Positions 48,001-62,700 of a stretch of 64,000 nt of DNA are shown here, piece by piece. The DNA comes from the human T2T-CHM13v2.0 reference genome, Homo sapiens. The position numbers and the translations under genes are program-made. The notes beneath the pieces were generated by a model. The model was not told where the DNA came from. It worked only from the letters and a program-made list of their open reading frames with translations, and ran no database searches. The DNA lies in NCBI RefSeq assembly GCF_009914755.1, contig NC_060927.1. One strand, given 5' to 3'. The first letter of the stretch is position 1; every line of letters begins with the position of its first letter.

Positions 48001-51000
48001 TATCAAAGTACCCAAAGCATGTATTATATAATGTACATAAAATATGAAAGTACATCAAATATATATTTTATTCTGTACATAAAATATCAAAGAACACCAG
48101 ATATATATTCTATAGTGTACATAAAATATCAAAGTACCCAAACTATACATTATATACTGTACATAAAATATGAAATTACATCATATATATATTAGGTACA
48201 TAAAATATGAAAGTACATCAAATATATATATTATTCTGTACATAAAATATCAAAGTACACCAGATATATATTCTATAGTGTACATAAAATAACAAAGTAC
48301 ACAAACTATAAATTATATACTGTACATAAAATATAAAATTACATCAAATATATATTAGGTACATAAAATATGAAAGTACATCAAATATAGATTATATACT
48401 GTACATATAATATCAATGTACCCGAAATATATATTTTATACTCTACATGAAATATCAAAGTTCACAAACCATATATTGTATACTGCACATAAAATATCAA
48501 AATACCCAAGGTATATATTCTATACTGTACAAAAAATATCAAAGTACCCAAAGCATGTATTATATACTGTACATAAAATATGAAAGTACATCAAATATAT
48601 ATTTTATTCTGTACATAAAATATCAAAGTACACCACATATATATTCTATAGTGTACATAAAATATCAAAGTACCCAAACTATATATTATATACAGTACAT
48701 AAAATATGAAATTACATCAAATATGTATTATATTAGGTACATAAAATATGAAAGTACATCAAATATAGATTATATACCGTACATAAAATATCAAAGTACC
48801 CCAAATATATATTATATACTATACATGAAATATCAAATATCACAAACTATATATTATATACTGTACATAAAATATCAAAGTACCCAATGTATATATTCTA
48901 TAGTGTACAAAAAATATCAAAGTACCCAAAGCATGTATTATATACTGTACATAAAATATAAAAGTACATCAAATATATATTTTATTCTGTACATAAAATA
49001 TGAAAGTACACCAGATATATATTCTATAGTGTACATAAAATATCAAAGTACCCAAACTATACATTATATACTGTACATAAAATATGAAATTACATCAAAT
49101 ATATATTATATTAGGTACTTAAAATATGAAAGTACATCAAATATAGATTATATACTGTACATAAAATATCAAAGTACCACAAATATATATTATATACTGT
49201 ACATGAAATATCAAAGTTCACAACTATATATTATATACTGTACATAAAATATCAAAGTCCCCAAGGTATATATTCTATACTGTACAAAAAATATCAAAGT
49301 ACACAAAGCATGTATTATATACTGTACATAAAATATGAAATTACATCAAATATATATTATATTAGGTACATAAAATATGAAAGTACATCAAATATAGATT
49401 ATATACTGTACATAAAATATCAAAGTACCCCAAATATATATTATATACTGTACATGTAATATCAAAGTTCACAACTATATATTACATACTGTACATAAAA
49501 TATCAAAGTACCCAAGGTATATATTCTATACTGTACAAAAAATATCAAAGTACCCAAAGCATGTATTATATACTGTACATAAAATATGAAAGTACATCAA
49601 ATATATATTTTATTCTGTACATAAAATATCAAAGTACACCAGATATATATTCTATAGTGTATATAAAATATCAAAGTACCCAAACTATGCATTATATACT
49701 GTACATAAAATATGAAATTACATCAAATATATATTATATTAGGTACATAAAATATGAAAGTACATGAAGTATAGATTATATACTGTACATAAAATATCAA
49801 AGTACCCCAAATTTATATTATATACTATACATGAAATATCAAAGTTCACAAACTATATATTATATACTGTACATAAAATATCAAAGTACCCAAGGTATAT
49901 ATTCTATAGTGTACAAAAAATATCAAAGTACCCAAAGCATGTATTATATACCGTACATAAAATATAAAATTACATCAAATATATATTTTATTCTGTACAT
50001 AAAATATCAAAGTACACCAGATATATATTCTATAGAGTACATAAAATATCAAAGTACCCAAACTATACATTACATACTGTACATAAAATATGAAATTACA
50101 TCAAATATATATTATAATAGGTACATAAAATATGAAAGTACATCAAATATAGATTATATACTGTACATTAAATACGAAAGTACCCCAAATATATATTTTA
50201 TAGTGTACATGAAATATCAAAGTACCCAAGGTATATATTCTATACTGTACAAAAAATATCAAAGTACCCAAAGCATGTATTACAAACTGTACATAAAATA
50301 TGAAAGTCCATCAAATATATATTTTATTCTGTACATAAAATATCAAAGTACACCAGATATATATTCTATAGTGAACATAAAATATCAAAGTACCCAAACT
50401 ATACATTATATACTGTACATAAAATATGAAATTACATCAAATATATATTATATTAGGTAAATAAAATATGAAAGTACATCAAATATAGATTATATACTGT
50501 ACATTAAGTACCAAAGTACCCCAAATATATATTTTATACTGTACATGAAATATCAAAGTTCACAAACTATATATTATATACTGTACATAAAATATGAAAG
50601 TACCCAAGGTATATACTCTATACTGTACAAAAAATATCAAAGTACCCAAAGCATGTATTATATACTGTACATAAAGTAAGAAAGTACATCAAATATATAT
50701 TTTATTCTGTACATAAAATATCAAGGTACACCAGATATATATTCTATAGTGTACATAAAATATCAAATTACCCAAACTATAAATTATATACTGTACATAA
50801 AATATGAAATTACATCAAATATATATTATATTAGGTACATAAAATATGAAAGTACATCAAATATAGATTATATACTCTACATTAAATACCAAAGTACCCC
50901 AAATATATGTTTTATACTGTACATGAAATATCAAAGTTCACAAAGTATATATTATATACTGTACATAAAATATCAAAGTACCCAAGGTATATATTCTATA

Positions 51001-53740
51001 CTGTACAAAAGATATCAAAGTACCCAAAGCATGTATTATATACTGTACATAAAATATGAAAGTACATCATATATATATTTTATTCTGTACATAAAATATT
51101 AAAGTACACCAGATATATATTCTATAGTGTACATAAAATATCAAAGTACCCAAACTATACATTATATACTGTACATAAAATATGAAATTACATCAAATAT
51201 ATATTAAGTACATAAAATATGAAAGTACATCAAATATAGATTATATACTGTACATAAAATATCAATGTACACCATATATATATTATATACTCTACATGAA
51301 ATATCAAAGTTCACAAACTATATATTATATACTGTCCATAAAATATCAAAGTACCCAAGGTATATATTCTATACTGTACAAAAAATATCAAAGTAAACAA
51401 AGCATGTATTATATACTGTACCTAAAATATGAAAGTACATCAAATATATATTTTATTCTGTACATAAAATATCAAAGTACACCAGATATATATTCTATAG
51501 TGTATATAAAATATCAAAGTACCCAAACTATACATTATATACTGTACATAAAATATGAAATTACATCAAATATATATTATATTAGGTACATAAAATATGA
51601 AAGTACATGAAGTATAGATTATATACTGTACATAAAATATCAAAGTACCCCAAATTTATATTATATACTATACATGAAATATCAAAGTTCACAAACTATA
51701 TATTATATACTGTACATAAAATATCAAAGTACCCAAGGTATATATTCTATAGTGTACAAAAAATATCAAAGTACGCAAAGCATGTATTATATACCGTACA
51801 TAAAATATAAAATTACATCAAATATATATTTTATTCTGTACATAAAATATCAAAGTACACCAGATATATATACTATAGTGTACATAAAATATCAAAGTAC
51901 CCAAACTATACATTATACACTGCACATAAAATATGAAATTACATCAAATATATATTAGGTACATAAAATATGAAAGTACATCAAATATAGATTATATACT
52001 GTAAATATAATATCAATGTACCCCAAATATATATTTTATACTCTACATGAAATATCAAAGTTCACAAACCATATATTATATACTGTACATAAAATATCAA
52101 AGTACCCAAGGTATATATTCTATACTGTACAAAAAATATCAAAGTACCCAAAGCATGTATTATATACTGTACATAAAATATGAAAGTACATCAAATATAT
52201 ATTTTATTCTGTACATAAAATATCAAAGTACACCAGATATATATTCTATAGTGTACATAAAATATCAAAGTACCCAAACTATACATTATATACTGTACAT
52301 AAAATATGAAATTACATCAAATATATATTATATTAGGTACATGAAATTTGAAAGTACATCAAATATAGATTATATACTGTACATTAAATACCAAAGTACC
52401 CCAAATATATATTTTATACTGTACATGAAATATCAAAGTTCACAAACTATATATTATATACTGTACATAAAATATCAATGTACCGAAGGTATATATTCTA
52501 TACTGCACAAAAAATATCAAAGTACCCAAAGCATGTATTATATACTGTATATAAAATATGAAAGTACATCAAATATATATTTTATTCTGTACATAAAATA
52601 TCAAAGTACACCAGACATATATACTATAGTGTACATAAAATATCAAAGTACCCAAACTATACATTATACACTGTACATAAAATATGAAATTACATCAAAT
52701 ATATATTAGGTACATAAAATATGAAAGTACATCAAATATAGATTATATACTGTAAATATAATATCAATGTACCCCAAATATATATTTTATACTCTATATG
52801 AAATATCAAATTTCACAAACCATATATTATATACTGTACATAAAATATCAAAGTACCAGAGGTATATATTCTATACTGTACAAAAAATATCAAAGTACCC
52901 AAAGCATGTATTATATACTGTACATAAAATATGAAAGTACATCAAATATATATTTTATTCTGTACATAAAATATCAAAGTACACCAGATATATATTCTAT
53001 AGTGTACATAAAATATCAAAGTACCCAAACTATACATTATATACTGTACATAAAATATGAAATTACATCAAATATATATTATATTAGGTACATGAAATAT
53101 GAAAGTACATCAAATATAGATTATATACTGTACATAAAATATGAAAGTACCCCAAATATATATTATATACTCTACATGAAATATCAAAGTTCACAAACTA
53201 TATATTATATACTGTACATAAAATATCAAAGTACCCAAGGTATATATTCTATACTGTACAAAAAATATCAAAGTATCCAAAGCAGGTATTATATACTGTA
53301 TATAAAATATGAAAGTACATCAAATATATATTTTATTCTGTACATAAAATATCAAAGTACACCAGATATATATTCTATAGTGTACATAAAATATCAAGGT
53401 ACCCAAACTATATATTATATACTGTACATAAAATATGAAATTACAGCAAATATATATTATATTAGGTACATAAAATATGAAAGTACATCAAATATAGATT
53501 ATATACTGTACATTAAATACCAAAGTACCCCAAATATATATTTTATACTGTACATGAAATATCAAAGTTCACAAACTATATATTATATACTGTACATAAA
53601 ATATCAATGTACCCAAGGTATATATTCTATACTGCACAAAAAATATCAAAGTACCCAAAGCATGTATTATATACTGTATATAAAATATGAAAGTACATCA
53701 AATATATATTTTATTCTGTACATAAAATATCAAAGTACAC
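33100..53740 (+). repeat. Tandem duplication with a 10,157-10,158-bp period, about 2 copies
   Basis: Constant offset of 10,157: 34741/44898, 35492/45649, 36621/46778, 37754/47911, 38290/48447, 39607/49764, 41025/51182, 41890/52047, 42641/52798. The offset is 10,158 upstream of a 1-bp deletion near 43790. Confidence 0.93.
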
Positions 53741-54870
53741 CAGACATATATACTATAGTGTACATAAAATATCAAAGTACCCAAACTATACATTATACAC
53801 TGTACATAAAATATGAAATTACATCAAATATATATTAGGTACATAAAATATGAAAGTACATCAAATATAGATTATATACTGTAAATATAATATCAATGTA
53901 CCCCAAATATATATTTTATACTCTATATGAAATATCAAATTTCACAAACCATATATTATATACTGTACATAAAATATCAAAGTACCAGAGGTATATATTC
54001 TATACTGTACAAAAAATATCAAAGTACCCAAAGCATGTATTATATACTGTACATAAAATATGAAAGTACATCAAATATATATTTTATTCTGTACATAAAA
54101 TATCAAAGTACACCAGATATATATTCTATAGTGTACATAAAATATCAAAGTACCCAAACTATACATTATATACTGTACATAAAATATGAAATTACATCAA
54201 ATATATATTATATTAGGTACATGAAATATGAAAGTACATCAAATATAGATTATATACTGTACATAAAATATGAAAGTACCCCAAATATATATTATATACT
54301 CTACATGAAATATCAAAGTTCACAAACTATATATTATATACTGTACATAAAATATCAAAGTACCCAAGGTATATATTCTATACTGTACAAAAAATATCAA
54401 AGTATCCAAAGCAGGTATTATATACTGTATATAAAATATGAAAGTACATCAAATATATATTTTATTCTGTACATAAAATATCAAAGTACACCAGATATAT
54501 ATTCTATAGTGTACATAAAATATCAAGGTACCCAAACTATATATTATATACTGTACATAAAATATGAAATTACAGCAAATATATATTATATTAGGTACAT
54601 AAAATATGAAAGTACATCAAATATAGATTATATACTGTACATTAAATACCAAAGTACCCCAAATATATATTTTATACTGTACATGAAATATCAAAGTTCA
54701 CAAACTATATATTATATACTGTACATAAAATATCAATGTACCCAAGGTATATATTCTATACTGCACAAAAAATATCAAAGTACCCAAAGCATGTATTATA
54801 TACTGTATATAAAATATGAAAGTACATCAAATATATATTTTATTCTGTACATAAAATATCAAAGTACACC
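52610..54870 (+). repeat. Tandem duplication with a 1,129-bp period (378+378+373), 2 copies
   Basis: ccagacatatatactatag at 52611 and 53740. ORF starts at 52798 and 53927. Shared variants ctctatatg, caaatttcac and agtaccagagg. Confidence 0.9.
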
Positions 54871-56859
54871 AGATATATATTCTATAGTGTACATAAAATA
54901 TCAAAGTACCCAAACTATACATTATATACTGTACATAAATATGAAATTACATCAAATATATATTATATTAGGTACATAAAATATGAAAGTACATGAAGTA
55001 TAGATTATATACTGTAGATAAAATATCAAAGTACCCCAAATTTATATTATATACTATACATGAAATATCAAAGTTCACAAACTATATATTATATACTGTA
55101 CATAAAATATCAAAGTACCCAAGGTATATATTCTATAGTGTACAAAAAATATCAAAGTACCCAAAGCATGTATTATATACCGTACATAAAATATAAAATT
55201 ACATCAAATATATATTTTATTCTGTACATAAAATATCAAAGTACACCAGATATATATACTATAGTGTACATAAAATATCAAAGTACCCAAACTATACATT
55301 ATACACTGTACATAAAATATGAAATTACATCAAATATATATTAGGTACATAAAATATGAAAGTACATCAAATATAGATTATATACTGTAAATATAATATC
55401 AATGTACCCCAAATATATATTTTATACTCTACATGAAATATCAAAGTTCACAAACTATATATTATATACTGTCCATAAAATATCAAAGTACCCAAGGTAT
55501 ATATTCTATACTGAACAAAAAATATCAAAGTACCCAAAGCATGTATTATATACTGTACATAAAATATGAAAGTACATCAAATATATATTCTATTCTGTAC
55601 ATAAAATATCAAAGTACACCAGATATATATTCTATAGTGTACATAAAATAACAAAGTACACAAACTATAAATTATATCCTGTACATAAAATATGAAATTA
55701 CATCAAATATATATTAGGTACATAAAATATGAAAGTACATCAAATATAGATTATATACTGTACATTAAGTACCAAAGTACACCAAATATATATTTTATTC
55801 TGTACATAAAATATCAAAGTACACCAGATATATATTCTATAGTGTACATAAAATATCAAAGTACCCAAACTATACATTATATACTGTACATAAAATATGA
55901 AATTACATCAAATATATATTATATTAGGTAAATGAAATATGAAAGTACATCAAATATAGATTATATACTGTACATAAAATATGAAAGTACCCCAAATATA
56001 TATTATATACTCTACATGAAATATCAAAGTTCACAAACTATATATTATATACTGTACATAAAATATCAAAGTACCCAAGGTATATATTCTATACTGTACA
56101 AAAAATATCAAAGTATCCAAAGCATGTATTATATACTGTATATAAAATATGAAAGTACATCAAATATATATTTTATTCTGTACATAAAATATCAAAGTAC
56201 ACCAGATATATATTCTATAGTGTACATAAAATATCAAAGTACCCAAACTATACATTATATACTGTACATAAAATATGAAATTACAGCAAATATATATTAT
56301 ATTAGGTACATAAAATATGAAAGTACATCAAATATAGATTATATACTCTACATTAAATACCAAAGTACCCCAAATATATATTTTATACTGTACATGAAAT
56401 ATCAAAGTTCACAAACTATATATTATATACTGTACATAAAATATCAATGTACCCAAGGTATATATTCTATACTGCACAAAAAATATCAAAGTACCCAAAG
56501 CATGTATTATATACTGTATATAAAATATGAAAGTACATCAAATATATATTTTATTCTGTACATAAAATATCAAAGTACACCAGATATATATTCTATAGTG
56601 TACATAAAATATCAAAGTACCCAAACTATACATTATATACTGTACATAAAATATGAAATTACATCAAATATATATTATATTAGGTACATAAAATACGAAA
56701 GTACATCAAATATAGATTATATACTGTACATAAAATATGAAAGTACCCCAATATATATTATATACTCTATATGAAATATCAAAGTTCACAAACTATATAT
56801 TATGTACTGTACATAAAATATCAAACTACCCAAGGTATATATTCTATACTGTACAAAAA

Positions 56860-57945
56860 ATATCAAAGTACCCAAAGCATGTATTATATAATGTACATAA
56901 AATATGAAAGTACATCAAATATATATTTTATTCTGTACATAAAATATCAAAGAACACCAGATATATATTCTATAGTGTACATAAAATATCAAAGTACCCA
57001 AACTTTACATTATATACTGTACATAAAATATGAAATTACATCATATATATATTAGGTACATAAAATATGAAATTACATCAAATATATATTTTATTCTGTA
57101 CATAAAATATCAAAGTACACCAGATATATATTCTATAGTGTACATAAAATAACAAAGTACACAAACTATAAAATATATACTGTACATAAAATATGAAATT
57201 ACATCAAATATATATTAGGTACATAAAATATGAAAGTACATCAAATATAGATTATATACTGTACATATAATATCAATGTACCCGAAATATATATTTTATA
57301 CTCTATATGAAATATCAAAGTTCACAAACCATATATTGTATACTGCACATAAAATATCAAAATACACAAGGTATATATTCTATACTGTACAAAAAATATC
57401 AAAGTACCCAAAGCATGTATTATATAATGTACATAAAATATGAAAGTACATCAAATATATATTTTATTCTGTACATAAAATATCAAAGAACACCAGATAT
57501 ATATTCTATAGTGTACATAAAATATCAAAGTACCCAAACTATACATTATATACTGTACATAAAATATGAAATTACATCATATATATATTAGGTACATAAA
57601 ATATGAAAGTACATCAAATATATATTTTATTCTGTACATAAAATATCAAAGTACACCAGATATATATTCTATAGTGTACATAAAATAACAAAGTACACAA
57701 ACTATAAAATATATACTGTACATAAAATATGAAATTACATCAAATATATATTAGGTACATAAAATATGAAAGTACATCAAATATAGATTATATACTGTAC
57801 ATATAATATCAATGTACCCGAAATATATATTTTATACTCTACATGAAATATCAAAGTTCACAAACCATATATTGTATACTGCACATAAAATATCAAAATA
57901 CACAAGGTATATATTCTATACTGTACAAAAAATATCAAAGTACCC
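56860..57945 (+). repeat. Tandem duplication with a 536-bp period (13-monomer variant unit), 2 copies
   Basis: m1 ATG at 56771, 57307 and 57843. ORF stops at 57055 and 57591. Shared markers aagaacacc, catcatata, gtacccgaa and attgtatactgcac. Confidence 0.88.
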
Positions 57946-59739
57946 AAAGCAGGTATTATATACTGTATATAAAATATGAAAGTACATCAAATATATATTT
58001 TATTCTGTACATAAAATATCAAAGTACACCAGATATATATTCTATAGTGTACATAAAATATCAAGGTACCCAAACTATATATTATATACTGTACATAAAA
58101 TATGAAATTACAGCAAATATATATTATATTAGGTACATAAAATATGAAAGTACATCAAATATAGATTATATACTGTACATTAAATACCAAAGTACCCCAA
58201 ATATATATTTTATACTGTACATGAAATATCAAAGTTCACAAACTATATATTATATACTGTACATAAAATATCAATGTACCCAAGGTATATATTCTATACT
58301 GCACAAAAAATATCAAAGTACCCAAAGCATGTATTATATACTGTATATAAAATATGAAAGTACATCAAATATATATTTTATTCTGTACATAAAATATCAA
58401 AGTACACCAGATATATATTCTATAGTGTACATAAAATATCAAAGTACCCAATCTATACATTATATACTGTACATAAATATGAAATTACATCAAATATATA
58501 TTATATTAGGTACATAAAATATGAAAGTACATGAAGTATAGATTATATACTGTAGATAAAATATCAAAGTACCCCAAATTTATATTATATACTATACATG
58601 AAATATCAAAGTTCACAAACTATATATTATATACTGTACATAAAATATCAAAGTACCCAAGGTATATATTCTATAGTGTACAAAAAATATCAAAGTACCC
58701 AAAGCATGTATTATATACCGTACATAAAATATAAAATTACATCAAATATATATTTTATTCTGTACATAAAATATCAAAGTACACCAGATATATATACTAT
58801 AGTGTACATAAAATATCAAAGTACCCAAACTATACATTATACACTGTACATAAAATATGAAATTACATCAAATATATATTAGGTACATAAAATATGAAAG
58901 TACATCAAATATAGATTATATACTGTAAATATTATATCAATGTACCCCAAATATATATTTTATACTCTACATGAAATATCAAAGTTCACAAACCATATAT
59001 TATATACTGTACATAAAATATCAAAGTACCCAAGGTATATATTCTATACTGAACAAAAAATATCAAAGTACCCAAAGCATGTATTATATACTGTACATAA
59101 AATATGAAAGTACATCAAATATATATTTTATTCTGTACATAAAATATCAAAGTACACCAGATATATATTCTATAGTGTACATAAAATATCAAAGTACCCA
59201 AACTATACATTATATACTGTACATAAAATATGAAATTACATCAAATATATATTATATTAGGTACATGAAATATGAAAGTACATCAAATATAGATTACATA
59301 CTGTACATAAAATATGAAAGTACCCCAAATATATATTATATACTCTACATGAAATATCAAAGTTCACAAACTATATATTATATACTGTACATAAAATATC
59401 AAAGTACCCAAGGTATATATTCTATACTGTACAAAAAATATCAAAATACCCAAAGCATGTATTATATACTGTATATAAAATATGAAAGTACATCAAATAT
59501 ATATTTTATTCTGTACATAAAATATCAAAGTACACCAGATATATATTCTATAGTGTACATAAAATATCAAAGTACCCAAACTATACATTATATACTGTAC
59601 ATAAAATATGAAATTACAGCAAATATATATTATATTAGGTACATAAAATATGAAAGTACATCAAATATAGATTATATACTGTACATTAAATACCAAAGTA
59701 CCCCAAATATATATTTTATACTGTACATGAAATATCAAA

Positions 59740-62700
59740 GTTCACAAACTATATATTATATACTGTACATAAAATATCAAAGTACCCAAGGTATATATTC
59801 TATACTGTACAAAAAATATCAAAGTATCCAAAGCATGTTTTATATACTGTATATAAAATATGAAAGTACATTAAAGATATATTTTATTCTGTACATAAAA
59901 TATCAAAATACACCAGATATATATTCTATAGTGTACATAAAATAACAAAGTACACAAATTATAAATTATATACTGTACATAAAATATGAAATTACATCAA
60001 ATATATATTAGGTACATAAAATATGAAAGTACATCAAATATAGATTATATACTGTACATATAATATCAATGTACCCCAAATATATATTTTATACTCTACA
60101 TGAAATATCAAAGTTCACAAACCATACATTATATACTGTACATAAAATATCAAAGTACCCAAGTTATATATTCTATACTGTACAAAAGATATCAAAGTAC
60201 CCAAAGCATGTATTATATACTGTATATAAAATATGAAAGTACATCAAATATATATTATATACTGTACATAAAATATCAAAGTACACCAGATATATATTTT
60301 ATAGTGTACATAAAATATCAAAGTACCCAAACTATACATTATATACTGTACATAAAATATGAGATTACATCAAATATATATTATATTAGGTACATAAAAT
60401 ATGAAAGTACATCAGATATAGATTATATACTGTACATAAAATATCAAAGTACCCCAAATATATATTATATACTCTACATGAAATATCAAAGTTCACAAAC
60501 TATATATTATATACTGTACATAAAATATCAAAGTACCCAAGGTATATATTCTATACTGTACAAAAAATATCAAAATACCCAAAGCATGTATTATATACTG
60601 TATATAAAATATGAAAATACATTAAATATATATTTTATTCTGTACATAAAATATCAAAGTACACCAGATATATATTCTATAGTGTACATAAAATAACAAA
60701 GTACACAAACTATAAATTATATACTGTACGTAAAATATGAAATTACATCAAATATATATTAGGTACATAAAATATGAAAGTACATCAAATATAGATTATA
60801 TACTGTACATATAATATCAATGTACCCCAAATATATATTTTATACTCTACATGAAATATCAAAGTTCACAAACCATACATTATATACTTTCCATAAAATA
60901 TCAAAGTACCCATGGCATATATTCTATACTGTACAAAAGATATCAAAGTACCCAAAGCATGTATTATATACTGTACATAAAATATGAAAGTACATCAAAT
61001 ATATATTTTATTCTGTACATAAAATATCAAAGTACACCAGATATATATTCTATAGTGTACATAAAATATCAAAGTACCCAAACTATATATTATATACTGT
61101 ACATAAAATATGAAATTACATCAAATATGTATTATATTAGGTACATAAAATATGAAAGTACATCAAATATAGATTATATACCATACATAAAATATCAAAG
61201 TACCCCAAATATATATTATATACTATACATGAAATATCAAATATCACAAACTATATATTATATACTGTACATAAAATATCAAAGTACCCAATGTATATAT
61301 TCTATAGTGTACAAAAAATATCAAAGTACCCAAAGCATGTATTATATACTGTACATAAAATATAAAAGTACATCAAATATATATTTTATTCTGTACATAA
61401 AATATGAAAGTACACCAGATATATATTCTATAGTGTACATAAAATATCAAAGTACCCAAACTATACATTATATACTGTACATAAAATATGAGATTACATC
61501 AAATATATATTATATTAGGTACATAAAATATGAAAGTACATCAGATATAGATTATATACTGTACATAAAATATCAAAATACCCCAAATATATATTATATA
61601 CTCTACATGAAATATCAAAGTTCACAAACTATATATTATATACTGTACATAAAATATGAAAGTACCCAAGGTATATATTCTATACTGTACAAAAAATATC
61701 AAAATACCCAAAGCATGTATTATATACTGTATATAAAATATGAAAGTACATCAAATATATATTTTATTCTGTACATAAAATATCAAAGTACACCAGATAT
61801 ATATTCTATAGTGTACATAAAATATCAAAGTACCCAAACTATACATTATATACTGTACATAAAATATGAAATTACAGCAAATATATATTATATTAGGTAC
61901 ATAAAATATGAAAGTACATCAAATATAGATTATATACTGTACATTAAATACCAAAGTACCCCAAATATATATTTTATACTGTACATGAAATATCAAAGTT
62001 CACAAACTATATATTATATACTGTACATAAAATATCAATGTACCCAAGGTATATATTCTATACTGCACAAAAAATATCAAAGTACCCAAAGCATGTATTA
62101 TATACTGTATATAAAATATGAAAGTACATCAAATATATATTTTATTCTGTACATAAAATATCAAAGTACACCAGATATATATTCTATAGTGTACATAAAA
62201 TATCAAAGTACCCAAACTATACATTATATACTGTACATAAAATATGAAATTACATCAAATATATATTATATTAGGTACATAAAATACGAAAGTACATCAA
62301 ATATAGATTATATACTGTACATAAAATATCAAAGTACCCCAATATATATTATATACTGTACATGAAATATCAAAGTTCACAAACTATATATTATGTACTG
62401 TACATAAAATATCAAAGTACCCAAGGTATATATTCTATACTGTACAAAAAATATCAAAGTACCCAAAGCATGTATTATATAATGTACATAAAATATGAAA
62501 GTACATCAAATATATATTTTATTCTGTACATAAAATATCAAAGAACACCAGATATATATTCTATAGTGTACATAAAATATCAAAGTACCCAAACTATACA
62601 TTATATTCTGTACATAAAATATGAAATTACATCATATATATATTAGGTACATAAAATATGAAAGTACATCAAATATATATTTTATTCTGTACATAAAATA

